Shown here one piece after another: positions 1 through 9,189 of a stretch of 40,423 bases of DNA (positions within the stretch are counted from its first letter, which is position 1; every line of letters starts with the position of its first letter). The notes below the pieces were generated by a model, which worked only from the letters and a program-made list of their open reading frames with translations, searched no databases and was not told where the DNA came from. This stretch comes from an uncultured bacterium (GTDB lineage: Bacteria; UBP4; UBA4092): NCBI GenBank assembly GCA_964644695.1, contig CAZXWN010000009.1, forward strand, positions 62,001 to 102,423, given 5' to 3'. Made by a program: the position numbers and the translations under genes.

Positions 1-1386
1 ATAATCGCCATTGGTCGTATAGGTGAATTGGCGAGTGAAGAAATGCCGGTTTACGGTTTCCCATTCTCCTTCTCCTAAACCATAGTTCATTTTCCAACGA
101 ATAGCAGTTGAGTCCAGATGAAAATAGAAATTATAGGGAAGAGAGTTTTCTAAGACTAACGAAGGGAAATGATAAGCGGGATATGTATTAATGTTAAACC
201 TGTCAGGAAGTGTGGGTGTATTTCCCAGAGCTAATTTTAGCGGTTGGGTAATCGTTTCAAAGCCAAAGGTATTGTGTACAATCAGTTGGGGGAAATAATA
301 GTCTGCTTCATCATAAAAATGGTCAATGGTAAACCTGGACTGAGTGACAGATTGCCAATCCGTATCCCCATCATCAAAATTCAACTTCCATTCAGTTGCC
401 GTAGAATCAAGATTAACCACGAGCTTTACCGTATTGGGTGAATAGCCTGAGGAGGGGGATATTTCCAGTGAGTTTGGACCTTGTGATTTTCCAGGAAGAA
501 CTTGAACAGCATCCCAATTGGTAAAGGTATGGTTTCCATAGGCATCTCTGATTATTAAGGTATGGTTGTAATATCCTGTGGAATCGTAACTGACTGGAAT
601 TGCTAGGTATCTTTGGAAGACATCTCTTTGCCTATTTTTACCCCCTCCTAAATCACATTTGAAGACACCCACATAACTGGAGGAAAGTTTTACATAGGCA
701 GTTGTCTGATCGAAGCAATGGACGACTGACGGTGAAGCCCGCATGGTGTTATCTTCCGTGGGTAATAAGTCTGTTGCCTGGACTGTCACACTATTTGTTT
801 TAATAGAAACACTGCCGGTATAAATTACCATACTAATGTTATAGAACCCGGTCGTTGTAAAACTCAGATAATGTGCGGTTGGATTAGATAAAACGGGCAA
901 TACATCTGTTACCGGTTCTGAATTGACCAGCAACTGATAATGGTCAACAAGGTCAGAAACAGCGACAACTAATCGAAAAGGGGTGTTCAAAGGAACGACG
1001 GTCTCATCGGGGATGAGTAAAGGATTTTCTAATAAAGGTTTATTCAGAACCCGGAGATAGTAGGGCAGCATATGAAAATAGGAGGTGGACCCGGTGTAAA
1101 TGACAAAAGAAGGTCGATAATTATTGGCAGTTTCATATACTTCCGTAAAGGTAGTGGAACTGCTATTTATCGGAAAATAGTGCTGCCCTCCATAGCTATA
1201 ATCAAACTTACATGTAGAAGTCCCAATTTCACTGGGCTCAAAGTTTAGCGTCCATTGAACGGTTGTGGGGCTGAATCCACAGTCTGGTGTTTCGGTGAAA
1301 TAGCTCCGCGCCTGACATAATCCTGCGGCTAGAATAAATATCCCCAGTACAAGTGCCCATAATGTCTTCCCAAATCCATGAGTCAT
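1..1386 (-). CDS. Secreted protein with PKD/Ig-like repeats, 3'-partial (runs off the left edge; absent from the ORF track)
   Basis: Hand translation gives 462 codons without a stop from ATG at 1386 (GAGGA upstream). Signal peptide MTHGFGKTLWALVLGIFILAAGLCQA. PKD-like motif SPSSGYSPNTVKL...WKLNFDDGD...HFYDEADYYFPQLIV. Confidence 0.85.
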   Translation of the reverse strand, partial: MTHGFGKTLWALVLGIFILAAGLCQARSYFTETPDCGFSPTTVQWTLNFEPSEIGTSTCKFDYSYGGQHYFPINSSSTTFTEVYETANNYRPSFVIYTGSTSYFHMLPYYLRVLNKPLLENPLLIPDETVVPLNTPFRLVVAVSDLVDHYQLLVNSEPVTDVLPVLSNPTAHYLSFTTTGFYNISMVIYTGSVSIKTNSVTVQATDLLPTEDNTMRASPSVVHCFDQTTAYVKLSSSYVGVFKCDLGGGKNRQRDVFQRYLAIPVSYDSTGYYNHTLIIRDAYGNHTFTNWDAVQVLPGKSQGPNSLEISPSSGYSPNTVKLVVNLDSTATEWKLNFDDGDTDWQSVTQSRFTIDHFYDEADYYFPQLIVHNTFGFETITQPLKLALGNTPTLPDRFNINTYPAYHFPSLVLENSLPYNFYFHLDSTAIRWKMNYGLGEGEWETVNRHFFTRQFTYTTNGDY

Positions 1387-1463
1387 CACACGAATCCTCG
1401 CTTGTTTGATTGAAATTTGACTCGACGGTGCTTCCCAATATCTAACATCGCCTAACGGATTGA

Positions 1464-1492
1464 AATATAGTACAAGTTATCCATTTTCACAA
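1464..1492 (-). promoter_or_regulatory. Putative sigma70 promoter for the PKD-like gene
   Basis: Minus strand TTGTGA-N17-TATATT about 80 nt upstream of the start codon. Confidence 0.4.
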
Positions 1493-1597
1493 CTAAAACG
1501 CAAAAAAAATTAAGAAAAGGATTTCAAGCGCCTAACATAATCAGTATCAAACATCTATAAATCCATCATCTTGAGTGGATGTGAATTGCGGAGGGGA

Positions 1598-2329
1598 TTA
1601 TTCGGCGGCGGAGCGGTCACAGACCCAGATTTTATCTTTCCGGGGGCGGACCATGGCGGCGGGATAAACTCCCACAGCGGCCAGGGGTGCATTGAGTATA
1701 TTTTTGAGGGTATTTCTTTTGGATTCACCTGTGACAATGAACATGACCCGGTCGGCATGTGTCATGAAGGGGAGCGACATTGTCAGCCATTGTTCCTTAC
1801 CTTCTCTGTCAACAGGAACACCCGGAATGATCCATCGGTCGGTTTCTCGAAGTGTTTCCGCACCAGGAAAGAGGGTGGCAGTATGTCCATCTGTACCCAT
1901 TCCCAACACAATCAGGTCCAGCAATGCCCGACCATCATTGATTCGGTCATTCAGATGTTCTCGAATTTTCTGGGAGTATCCCGCTGCTGCGGCCATCGGG
2001 TCACCCTGACAGACCTCTGGACAGGCCAGACTCTCCAGACAATTCAATGGGATAAGCAATTCTTCCTTGACCTGTTGGGTTATCCAACCCATTTTCTCCA
2101 GGGGAAGGCATTGTTCATCAACGACAAAGAAAAGGATTTTATCCCAGGGTAGGGCATCTCGATATTGTTTGGCTAATACAGAATAAAATAACTGGGGAGA
2201 TTTCCCTCCGGGTAAACCCACAGTAAAATTATCCTGCTGAGTTAAGGCTGTTTTGGCCCATTCCACAAAGAGTTGGGCAGCATGTGCCGCGACTTTCTCT
2301 GGATTATCGCAAACAATAACTTGTTCCAT
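1598..2329 (-). CDS. pgl: 6-phosphogluconolactonase (DevB/Pgl family)
   Basis: GLPGGKSP, DE(Q), DLIVLGMGTDGHTATLFP, VTGESK and YPAAMV motifs; 243 aa. Confidence 0.85.
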   Translation of the reverse strand: MEQVIVCDNPEKVAAHAAQLFVEWAKTALTQQDNFTVGLPGGKSPQLFYSVLAKQYRDALPWDKILFFVVDEQCLPLEKMGWITQQVKEELLIPLNCLESLACPEVCQGDPMAAAAGYSQKIREHLNDRINDGRALLDLIVLGMGTDGHTATLFPGAETLRETDRWIIPGVPVDREGKEQWLTMSLPFMTHADRVMFIVTGESKRNTLKNILNAPLAAVGVYPAAMVRPRKDKIWVCDRSAAE

Positions 2330-2459
2330 GCTATTAACGATGTCCCCTTCTTACTGATATATCAGAACATGGCTTGATTCAGTTCTGACCGTATCCCCAA
2401 TAATACCCTGCAGAATATCTGCATCAATATAATAAATAAAGCAATAATTAGAAATTGAT

Positions 2460-2489
2460 AGTATACATTTTCCCCACAGTAAAAAGCAA
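2460..2489 (-). promoter_or_regulatory. Putative sigma70 promoter for pgl
   Basis: Minus strand TTGCTT-N18-TATACT in an AT-rich intergenic stretch. Confidence 0.4.
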
Positions 2490-2670
2490 ATTATTCCTGA
2501 ATAATCAATGATTACGCGCATTGCAGCGTTCTCGGTATTAACTGAAAGACGGGTCACTTTTGATTCATTCTGATACTTTAATGAACCGACTTTCTTTTTG
2601 AAATCGTTTTCATCAGGAAACAATGCAGTTTATCCATCGAATCCCTGTCATTTTTATGGAAATTACTCGA

Positions 2671-2715
2671 CGATGAGGGTACGGAGCAGCTCCGAGCAGG
2701 TCCGTGGAAGGTTCG
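2671..2715. repeat. 45-bp palindromic intergenic repeat, copy 1 (degenerate left arm)
   Basis: CGATGAGGGTACGGAGCAGCTCCGAGCAGGTCCGTGGAAGGTTCG aligns without gaps to the copies at 19738, 29042 and 40386. Confidence 0.8.
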
Positions 2716-2742
2716 TTTCGTGAGTGGGCATTTTCCGATGAG

Positions 2743-4371
2743 TTACTGATGGCGTTTGAAGTAAATATCCATAGGGATGGAAACCGCAGGTAATAAAACG
2801 GCCAGGATAAACAAGAGGGATGTCAGGCTGGATATAATCAGGTCAAACAGTGGGACAGGTCCCCCAAATCGTAGGGGCAATAGTAAAACCAGGATGAGTG
2901 TACTTCCCACCGATAATGGATATTTTATAAAAGGGGTCAGACCCAAACCCATCTTTGATAATGCCCTGCCGAACATCCTGAGGACATAGAAGGTTGAACC
3001 CATTAGATAGAGGGTTGAAACGATGAGGATGCCCTTCAATACATCCAGTGAATAGTATTTTGAAATAACGAAGATATTGTCCAATTTATAGAGAGTGAAC
3101 AGCCCTATCAGTACCGTGATGAGTATGGAGTTAAATCGATAAAACCCCTTTATCAATGAGGTAGATGAGGTCATCAGGGTCAGGTTGGGTTTTGCTTTTT
3201 TATAAAAATGAATCCAGAAAAGGAAGGTACAAAATAACAGAGTGATTGGATCCATCAAATACCGAACCGCCGCTGAAACTGTTTCCGTTGAGAGTCCTTT
3301 TGCCAGTTTAAGGAGTCCCATCCCGGGAAGAAGTATCAAGGTTCCTGCCAAAACAAGACACAGTACTATAAAACTCAGGATTTGAAGATAATGCTGTCGG
3401 ATATGGTAACCAATTAATTGGAAATCAGACAGAGGGAGAAAATGGAGACTTTCTTTATTCTTTTGGGGTGGGTGCATATAAGGGAACAGCCAGACCGTAA
3501 CAATCAATCCGCCGATAAAGACCAACGCTCCAGCCAGGCTGGGTGTATAAAGAACAAAGCAGGCCAGGAATAATAATATGAGATAGGGCATAAGGGATAA
3601 TTGCCAGAGGACAGACTTCAGATTTGCTGTCGGGGTTGTACGGCCTTTTTCTTTAAACAGATGCCGTTGGTTGTTACTTTTGTCCAGGAATGTTGGTTTT
3701 GTAAAAATCCGTCTGAGTAAGGAGTTTCCTGAATCGTGTCTCCTGAAACAAGTGAAGTATCCATAATTAAGGACGAAAAGCACTACGGCGATGGACATCC
3801 ACACGAGGGGATATTCTGTTACCGAGGGGAATATTAACCGACTCAGTAATATGACGATGGTTTGTGAGGTTGCCAGGAGAATCTCTGGAGTACGGCTTGT
3901 TTTTGAGGTTTGAAGTATCAGGGAAAATATCAATGTAAACAACTGGTATCCGATGAAGGCAAATAACAGGATTGTTTCCCATGGGATGGGTTTTGTGAAA
4001 TATAACGACCATGCACCACAGGAAAATAAGGTGATACTCCCCACCCCTAAAAGGGGCAGGAGATTGATATACGCAAACAGCCGGGGAGTAGAGAGGGGAA
4101 GACTATACAATCCACTGAGGTATTTTCCTTCGCCGGAGTTCGTATATTTACTGTTTATTTTGACAGACCCATAGACAACGAAGGTGGTCATCATCATCGA
4201 CAGAATCGGCAGGAGTAGCCTTACAAAGGAAGGGTCCTCCCGGAATAAATCCAGGAAATAACAGGGCAGCAGGATGATCCCGTTGGAAATAACTGGAAGT
4301 AAAATCCAAAGTAGGGAGATTTGTCTCAGGTATTTTTTAACTAAAAAACCCATAGAGGTTGATGGCTGCAT
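2743..4371 (-). CDS. Putative ABC transporter permease, paralog 1 (most divergent)
   Basis: Many hydrophobic helices; in an operon with an ABC ATPase; two LPLS motifs (YSLPLS, HFLPLSD); ends RHQ like its paralogs. Confidence 0.7.
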   Translation of the reverse strand: MQPSTSMGFLVKKYLRQISLLWILLPVISNGIILLPCYFLDLFREDPSFVRLLLPILSMMMTTFVVYGSVKINSKYTNSGEGKYLSGLYSLPLSTPRLFAYINLLPLLGVGSITLFSCGAWSLYFTKPIPWETILLFAFIGYQLFTLIFSLILQTSKTSRTPEILLATSQTIVILLSRLIFPSVTEYPLVWMSIAVVLFVLNYGYFTCFRRHDSGNSLLRRIFTKPTFLDKSNNQRHLFKEKGRTTPTANLKSVLWQLSLMPYLILLFLACFVLYTPSLAGALVFIGGLIVTVWLFPYMHPPQKNKESLHFLPLSDFQLIGYHIRQHYLQILSFIVLCLVLAGTLILLPGMGLLKLAKGLSTETVSAAVRYLMDPITLLFCTFLFWIHFYKKAKPNLTLMTSSTSLIKGFYRFNSILITVLIGLFTLYKLDNIFVISKYYSLDVLKGILIVSTLYLMGSTFYVLRMFGRALSKMGLGLTPFIKYPLSVGSTLILVLLLPLRFGGPVPLFDLIISSLTSLLFILAVLLPAVSIPMDIYFKRHQ

Positions 4372-4377
4372 GATGTA

Positions 4378-4550
4378 TTTATTGATGCCTTTCCAGATGA
4401 ACAGATAAGGGGATAGTAAACAGAGGGAGTATCAACAGGGTGACGATACCTCCCACCAGGGTGATACTTTCGAGACTGCCAGAGAACCCCTTTGTGGCAA
4501 TCAAGAGTCCCTCAAGGATGAGGAAACACCCTGCCCAGAGGAGACAGTAA
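4378..4550. repeat. Direct repeat A (3' end of permease 2)
   Basis: Matches 5938-6110 at an offset of exactly 1560 bp; 12 mismatches in 173 nt by hand count. Confidence 0.9.
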
Positions 4551-5917
4551 CGGGTGATTTTTGATCTTTCCATGATGTCTTCCTGAATAAGCTTTCTTGT
4601 GATAACGATGACCAGATACAGTACATAAAGGAGTAAACAGAGAATAATAAGGTCTATCCTTTGTCGCAGCAGTATCGCAATGGGCAGGAACACACCTATT
4701 ATGTTTAACAGGTTATAGAACCGGACTTTGAGATGTTTTATGGTGGTTTCTGGGATTTTGAGGATTATACTGTAAATCAATCCCAGGAAAAGCATTTTGG
4801 CAAACAGATTTATGTCTATACCAGAATCTTTTTTCATTATCAAAGTGATGATGCAGCTCATAACAATGATGACAATGCCCACCATAAGTGATGTGTAGAA
4901 ATAAACCATTTGGCTATGAGCAATTTGAGAATCATTTATTGGCAGAATATGTCGGATATCCGTTTTGGACATCATATTTTCTTTGCGGATCAACAGCCAT
5001 GCCGCGATTCCCATCCCTAAAGAACTGAGTAAGAAGATGAGCGATTGTTTTTCGAGGAGGAAAAGTAGCGCAGAGAATATTACCATGCCGAACCACTGAG
5101 CATGGAACGGTTCAAGGTGGAATATCCACTGGCGCCGGTTTTTTTTCTGAATTGTTTCAGGGGTTGACTCGGTGAAATCTGAGCGTTTGCTGATGGTGGT
5201 TTTTTTTGGCATCGATTCAACAGTGTTTTTGTCCTCTGGTACTGTCAAAACCTGTTTTTCCTGGTGTTCCAACCGACTAAACTGATAGTTCCATAAGGTA
5301 AAACCAAACATGGAAGGAAGAACAATAATAATACTTATAAGCAATAGTTGATGGCTGTTGAGAAACCCTGTCCCATATAAATCCTTGCTCATAAATAAAA
5401 ACAGGAGAGGTAGAAGATATATTATTCCAATAAACAATGCTCTTTTGTTGGGAGATAATGTCAACAACAGAATAACCGATAAAATGATGCTTGTACTGAA
5501 TAACCCCACTCCTGTATCAATGAATACTCCGATAACCCATGGCCAAACTGTAATATATCCAAGGGTTATGATTATCCCCAGAGCCATCACAGATGACCAC
5601 AAAACTCCGACAATAAGGAATGGACTTAGAGGATAGTATTGGAGAGCTTTCGGAAATCCCAGGCTGTTTTTTCCTTGTAATGTGTTCCATTTTTGGGAGA
5701 CAGTGAGCCCCAGGAGAATTATTGCAAAGTAAAGTGAAAGTTCAGTTATCTGAGTCCGAATCTTGAGTGTATATGTTTCCCCTGCAAACCAGCAATAAAG
5801 ATAACCTGATAACGGCATGAGGAAAATCAAAGGTAATACATTTCGGAGCGGTATCATCAGTGGTTTCCAGAAGACCTTTATTAGCTCTATGTATTTATTG
5901 GAGTGTGTTTGTATCAT
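4379..5917 (-). CDS. Putative ABC transporter permease, paralog 2
   Basis: Polytopic; YYPLS and ILPIND motifs; C-terminus nearly identical to paralog 3. Confidence 0.72.
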   Translation of the reverse strand: MIQTHSNKYIELIKVFWKPLMIPLRNVLPLIFLMPLSGYLYCWFAGETYTLKIRTQITELSLYFAIILLGLTVSQKWNTLQGKNSLGFPKALQYYPLSPFLIVGVLWSSVMALGIIITLGYITVWPWVIGVFIDTGVGLFSTSIILSVILLLTLSPNKRALFIGIIYLLPLLFLFMSKDLYGTGFLNSHQLLLISIIIVLPSMFGFTLWNYQFSRLEHQEKQVLTVPEDKNTVESMPKKTTISKRSDFTESTPETIQKKNRRQWIFHLEPFHAQWFGMVIFSALLFLLEKQSLIFLLSSLGMGIAAWLLIRKENMMSKTDIRHILPINDSQIAHSQMVYFYTSLMVGIVIIVMSCIITLIMKKDSGIDINLFAKMLFLGLIYSIILKIPETTIKHLKVRFYNLLNIIGVFLPIAILLRQRIDLIILCLLLYVLYLVIVITRKLIQEDIMERSKITRYCLLWAGCFLILEGLLIATKGFSGSLESITLVGGIVTLLILPLFTIPLSVHLERHQ

Positions 5918-5937
5918 AGTTGAGTGAACCTCAGTAA

Positions 5938-6110
5938 TTTATTGATGCCTTTCCAGATGAACAGATAAGGGAATAGTAAACAGGGGGAGTATCAATAAGG
6001 TGACAATACCTCCCACCAGGGTGATACTTTCGAAACTGCCAGAGAAACCCTTGATGGCAATCAGAAGTCCCTCAAGGATGAGGAAACACCCTGCCCAGAG
6101 GAGACTGTAA
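5938..6110. repeat. Direct repeat A' (3' end of permease 3)
   Basis: About 93% identical to 4378-4550. Confidence 0.9.
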
Positions 6111-7486
6111 AGAATAATTTTTGATGGTTGCAGGATTTTTTCTTTAATAATCTTTCTCAGAATGATGACTACCAGATACAGCACATAAAGGAGTAAATAG
6201 AGATATATGTATAGGGTATAGCCCGATACCTTTGGGAACCCGAAAGAGGGGTTCATGGTAAACAGCAGATACATTATAGCTATTATGGTGGGCATCAGCA
6301 GCAGGTTATGAAATCGATATTTGATTTGTTTGATAGTTGTTTCTGGAATACTGAAGATGGAGCTGTAGAGCAATCCTACGAAGAGTATCTTGGTAAACAG
6401 AATCAGATCGGCACTGGAACTTGTTTTAAACTTTGTGAGGAATCCAATAATAATGATGGTTAATCCCATCACAAGTGATAGATAGAAATAAATGGTTTGG
6501 ATGTGGATCATTCGAAAATCATTCATCGGCAGTCCATATCGAAAATTACCCTTTGCGGTATCCTTACTCTTATGGATGGACATATAGATGCTGGCGACTC
6601 CCAACCCCAACACCCCAAAAACAGTGACCGGTGATTGAATCATCATGGTGGAGATGAAAATCATCCAGAAAACATGAATACTTCCCTGAGTCCGGAACCA
6701 CTCCAGATAAAATATCCACTGGCCGGGAGTTTTCTTCCTGATTTTTCTGGGTTTTGTTTTGGAGGGTGATTTTTTGAATTTATGGAAGAATTTTTTGAAA
6801 ACCAATTTCCACTGGTATCCAAGCCGATTAAACTGGTAATTCCATAATGTGAAACAGAACATAAGGAGAAGGACCCCAAGTGCCAGAAGAAAGAAGATGA
6901 AATTATGGGAAGAGAAACTGTTTATGGATATATTCCTCATCCGGAAGAACATGAAAAACAAAAAGATTTGTGAAAATATTATTCCGAAAGCGATAGACCC
7001 GGCACCCGGAGCAAAGGTCAACATCATGCAAACAGCCATAATTAAGGTGCTGCTTAAAAGGCAGACTGGAATGCTGATGGTAATCCCCGTCAACAGGAAC
7101 CATAAAGCAGAGTAAAGTAAAGCCATCCCCACTCCGGAAAAGACGACACTTCCCCACAACACTCCAACTGTATGGAAAGATGAGAGGGGATAATATCTTA
7201 ATGCGACGGGAAATCCCGGTTGAGTCCGTCCTCTGAGGGTGTTCCATTTCTGGGCAATCATAATACCTACTATAAAAAGGCACAGGAACAGGGAATAAGT
7301 GGCCCCATTATCATACATCTGGGTGAGATATCCGAGGTTTTGTTTCCCCGGGCCGGTCGATAATGATAGAAGTGCCATAAATGGCAGTGAAAAAAATACT
7401 ACCAGAACCATTCCAACGGGGTTCAATAGTGGTTTCCAGAAAACCTTCATTAACTCTATGTATTTATTGGGGTGTGTTTGTGTCAT
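5939..7486 (-). CDS. Putative ABC transporter permease, paralog 3
   Basis: Polytopic; N-terminus MTQTHPNKYIELMKVFWKPL matches paralog 2; GAGGAGG RBS spacing favours ATG 7486 over 7492. Confidence 0.72.
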   Translation of the reverse strand: MTQTHPNKYIELMKVFWKPLLNPVGMVLVVFFSLPFMALLSLSTGPGKQNLGYLTQMYDNGATYSLFLCLFIVGIMIAQKWNTLRGRTQPGFPVALRYYPLSSFHTVGVLWGSVVFSGVGMALLYSALWFLLTGITISIPVCLLSSTLIMAVCMMLTFAPGAGSIAFGIIFSQIFLFFMFFRMRNISINSFSSHNFIFFLLALGVLLLMFCFTLWNYQFNRLGYQWKLVFKKFFHKFKKSPSKTKPRKIRKKTPGQWIFYLEWFRTQGSIHVFWMIFISTMMIQSPVTVFGVLGLGVASIYMSIHKSKDTAKGNFRYGLPMNDFRMIHIQTIYFYLSLVMGLTIIIIGFLTKFKTSSSADLILFTKILFVGLLYSSIFSIPETTIKQIKYRFHNLLLMPTIIAIMYLLFTMNPSFGFPKVSGYTLYIYLYLLLYVLYLVVIILRKIIKEKILQPSKIILYSLLWAGCFLILEGLLIAIKGFSGSFESITLVGGIVTLLILPLFTIPLSVHLERHQ

Positions 7487-7516
7487 GATCATTTCCTCCT
7501 CAGAGGACGTTATTGT

Positions 7517-8434
7517 CTATGATTCATTACCATTTTGGGCGGATCGTCCGACCTTGGCGATAAAGATGTCATTGAGAGACATTGGATTTACAGCCAAAAC
7601 CTCAAATTGATACTTTTGAAACAGGGGTGACAGGGTATCCATAGAGGCTTGCGTGGTAATTACCCATTCGTTTCCTCGTTTATCGGAGGTGACTATCCCG
7701 GGAATTGCAGGGAATTGTGTCAGAGAAGTGGCTCCCCGGAGAGTGATCATCTTCCAGGATTCAAGTAATTCCGTCAGAGGTGAAGTCAATAGTTTTTTGC
7801 CCTCACTGAGGAAGGTTATGGTATCTGCGACTCTTTCGACTTCATCCAGCAGGTGTGATGAAAACAAAACGGTTTTACCGGCATTCGTTACTGTATGGAT
7901 GATTTCTCCCAGAATATCTTTTCTAACGATGGGGTCCAGTCCTGAAGACGGCTCATCTAATAATAAAAGGTCAGGATGGTGTGCCACAGCCAGTATCAAT
8001 CCCGCCTGAGCTCTCTGGCCCCGTGAATAGTCACACACGCGTTTTGCAGGGTCTAATCGGAAGGTTTCTATCAGTTGGTGGGCATAATCCCAGTCCCAGT
8101 CCGGATAAAAGGCGGCGGTAAATGACATCAGTTCATCCAGAGGCATCCAGTCCAACATTTCCCGGTTCTCCGAGAGATATCCGATATGGGAAAGTGCACC
8201 TTCTGGGTCCTTAACGGGATTTTTCCCGAAGACAGACACTGTTCCGGACTGAGGTTTCAGAAGTCCCATCAAATGCCGTATCAATGTCGTCTTTCCTGCC
8301 CCGTTCTCGCCGACCAATCCCATGACGACACCTCGGGTGATAGTAAAATCCACATTATCCAGGGCTATTTTGGTGTCGAATTTCCGACTTAAATTTTTTA
8401 CTTCTACAATAGTGTCTGTCATTGTCCCAATCAT
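7517..8434 (-). CDS. ABC transporter ATP-binding protein (YtrB-like)
   Basis: Walker A GENGAGKTT, signature YSRGQR, Walker B LLLLDEP, H-loop FSSH; overlaps the GntR stop codon. Confidence 0.95.
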   Translation of the reverse strand: MIGTMTDTIVEVKNLSRKFDTKIALDNVDFTITRGVVMGLVGENGAGKTTLIRHLMGLLKPQSGTVSVFGKNPVKDPEGALSHIGYLSENREMLDWMPLDELMSFTAAFYPDWDWDYAHQLIETFRLDPAKRVCDYSRGQRAQAGLILAVAHHPDLLLLDEPSSGLDPIVRKDILGEIIHTVTNAGKTVLFSSHLLDEVERVADTITFLSEGKKLLTSPLTELLESWKMITLRGATSLTQFPAIPGIVTSDKRGNEWVITTQASMDTLSPLFQKYQFEVLAVNPMSLNDIFIAKVGRSAQNGNES

Positions 8435-8838
8435 TTTTTTGATTCTCCTGTGTTTCCTTCTGGTGTTTGCATCAATTCATATCGTTTTTGCAGGATTTCC
8501 TGCATTTCTTCCAAAGTCAGTCCCATCTGAAGCCCATCGGATAACAGGCTGTCCGCCCGGTCCTGGATATTCTTTAATAGCTCAGTTTGTTTCAAGGGAG
8601 AACCGGTTTCGGAGATATAGGTCCCTGACCCGTGGCGGCTGGTGACGATCCCCAGTGTTTCCAGTTCCCGATAGGCTCGCGCAACAGTATTGGGGTTTAC
8701 GACCAGCTGTTCCGCCAGGACCCTGATGGCAGGGAGTTCATCCCCCGGAACCATTCGACCAGATGCCACCATATATTTCACCTGGTTGATGATTTGCTGG
8801 TAAATGGGTACGCCATCTTGTGTGATTCTTATATTCAT
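8431..8838 (-). CDS. GntR family regulator, YtrA subfamily
   Basis: PIYQQI...GDELPAIRVLAEQLVVNPNTVARAYRELE...G.GTYI winged HTH with a short C-terminal domain, ahead of an ABC ATPase; ATG 8838 chosen (the track uses TTG 8868). Confidence 0.93.
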   Translation of the reverse strand: MNIRITQDGVPIYQQIINQVKYMVASGRMVPGDELPAIRVLAEQLVVNPNTVARAYRELETLGIVTSRHGSGTYISETGSPLKQTELLKNIQDRADSLLSDGLQMGLTLEEMQEILQKRYELMQTPEGNTGESKK

Positions 8839-8868
8839 TGGTTCCGCTTCGTTTCTTCTTCGTTTCAA

Positions 8869-8892
8869 AGTGTACTAGACAAGTAATACACT
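8869..8892. promoter_or_regulatory. Putative YtrA-type operator
   Basis: Inverted repeat AGTGTA-N12-TACACT (extends to GTGTACTA/TAATACAC) just upstream of the gntR gene; half-sites resemble the B. subtilis YtrA site. Confidence 0.75.
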
Positions 8893-8917
8893 AATACAAT
8901 CTAGGGAAGTGTGTCAA
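8888..8917 (-). promoter_or_regulatory. Putative sigma70 promoter of the gntR-ABC operon
   Basis: TTGACA (8917-8912)-N18-TAGTGT, with the -10 overlapping the operator. Confidence 0.55.
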
Positions 8918-9116
8918 GCGAAAAATAAAAAAATATTTCAAGTGGGACTCAGGGGAAAAAGGGTAGGGGTCATCCGGAAACGGAAATACAAAGGTAATAA
9001 GAGGGGTAGGGGTGTTGTGAAATGGGGTCAATGTGTTGACACCCCAAGAAATAAAATGAGGAGATACTAAGGTAAAAATAAGGGAAAGAGCGGGTTGGTT
9101 CGGAGAGTCTATCGCA

Positions 9117-9145
9117 TTGACCGGAATACCCTTTAATGATAATCT
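9117..9145 (+). promoter_or_regulatory. Putative promoter of the bamA operon
   Basis: TTGACC-N17-TAATCT with an extended -10 TG. Confidence 0.4.
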
Positions 9146-9189
9146 AGGAAAGCGTTATACCTATATCCTTATACATAGAATGGGATGTT

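Noticed and set aside
1571..2152. 193-aa plus-strand ORF, and the many similar antisense or nested ORFs across the window
   Set aside because: They are shadows of well-supported genes on the opposite strand or in another frame
2351..2623. 90-aa minus-strand ORF upstream of pgl
   Set aside because: TTG start, no recognisable motif, AT-rich, and it contains the likely pgl promoter
4378..6110. Repeat pair as a DGR template/variable region
   Set aside because: No reverse transcriptase, both copies are coding 3' ends of paralogs, and the mismatches are not confined to adenines of one copy
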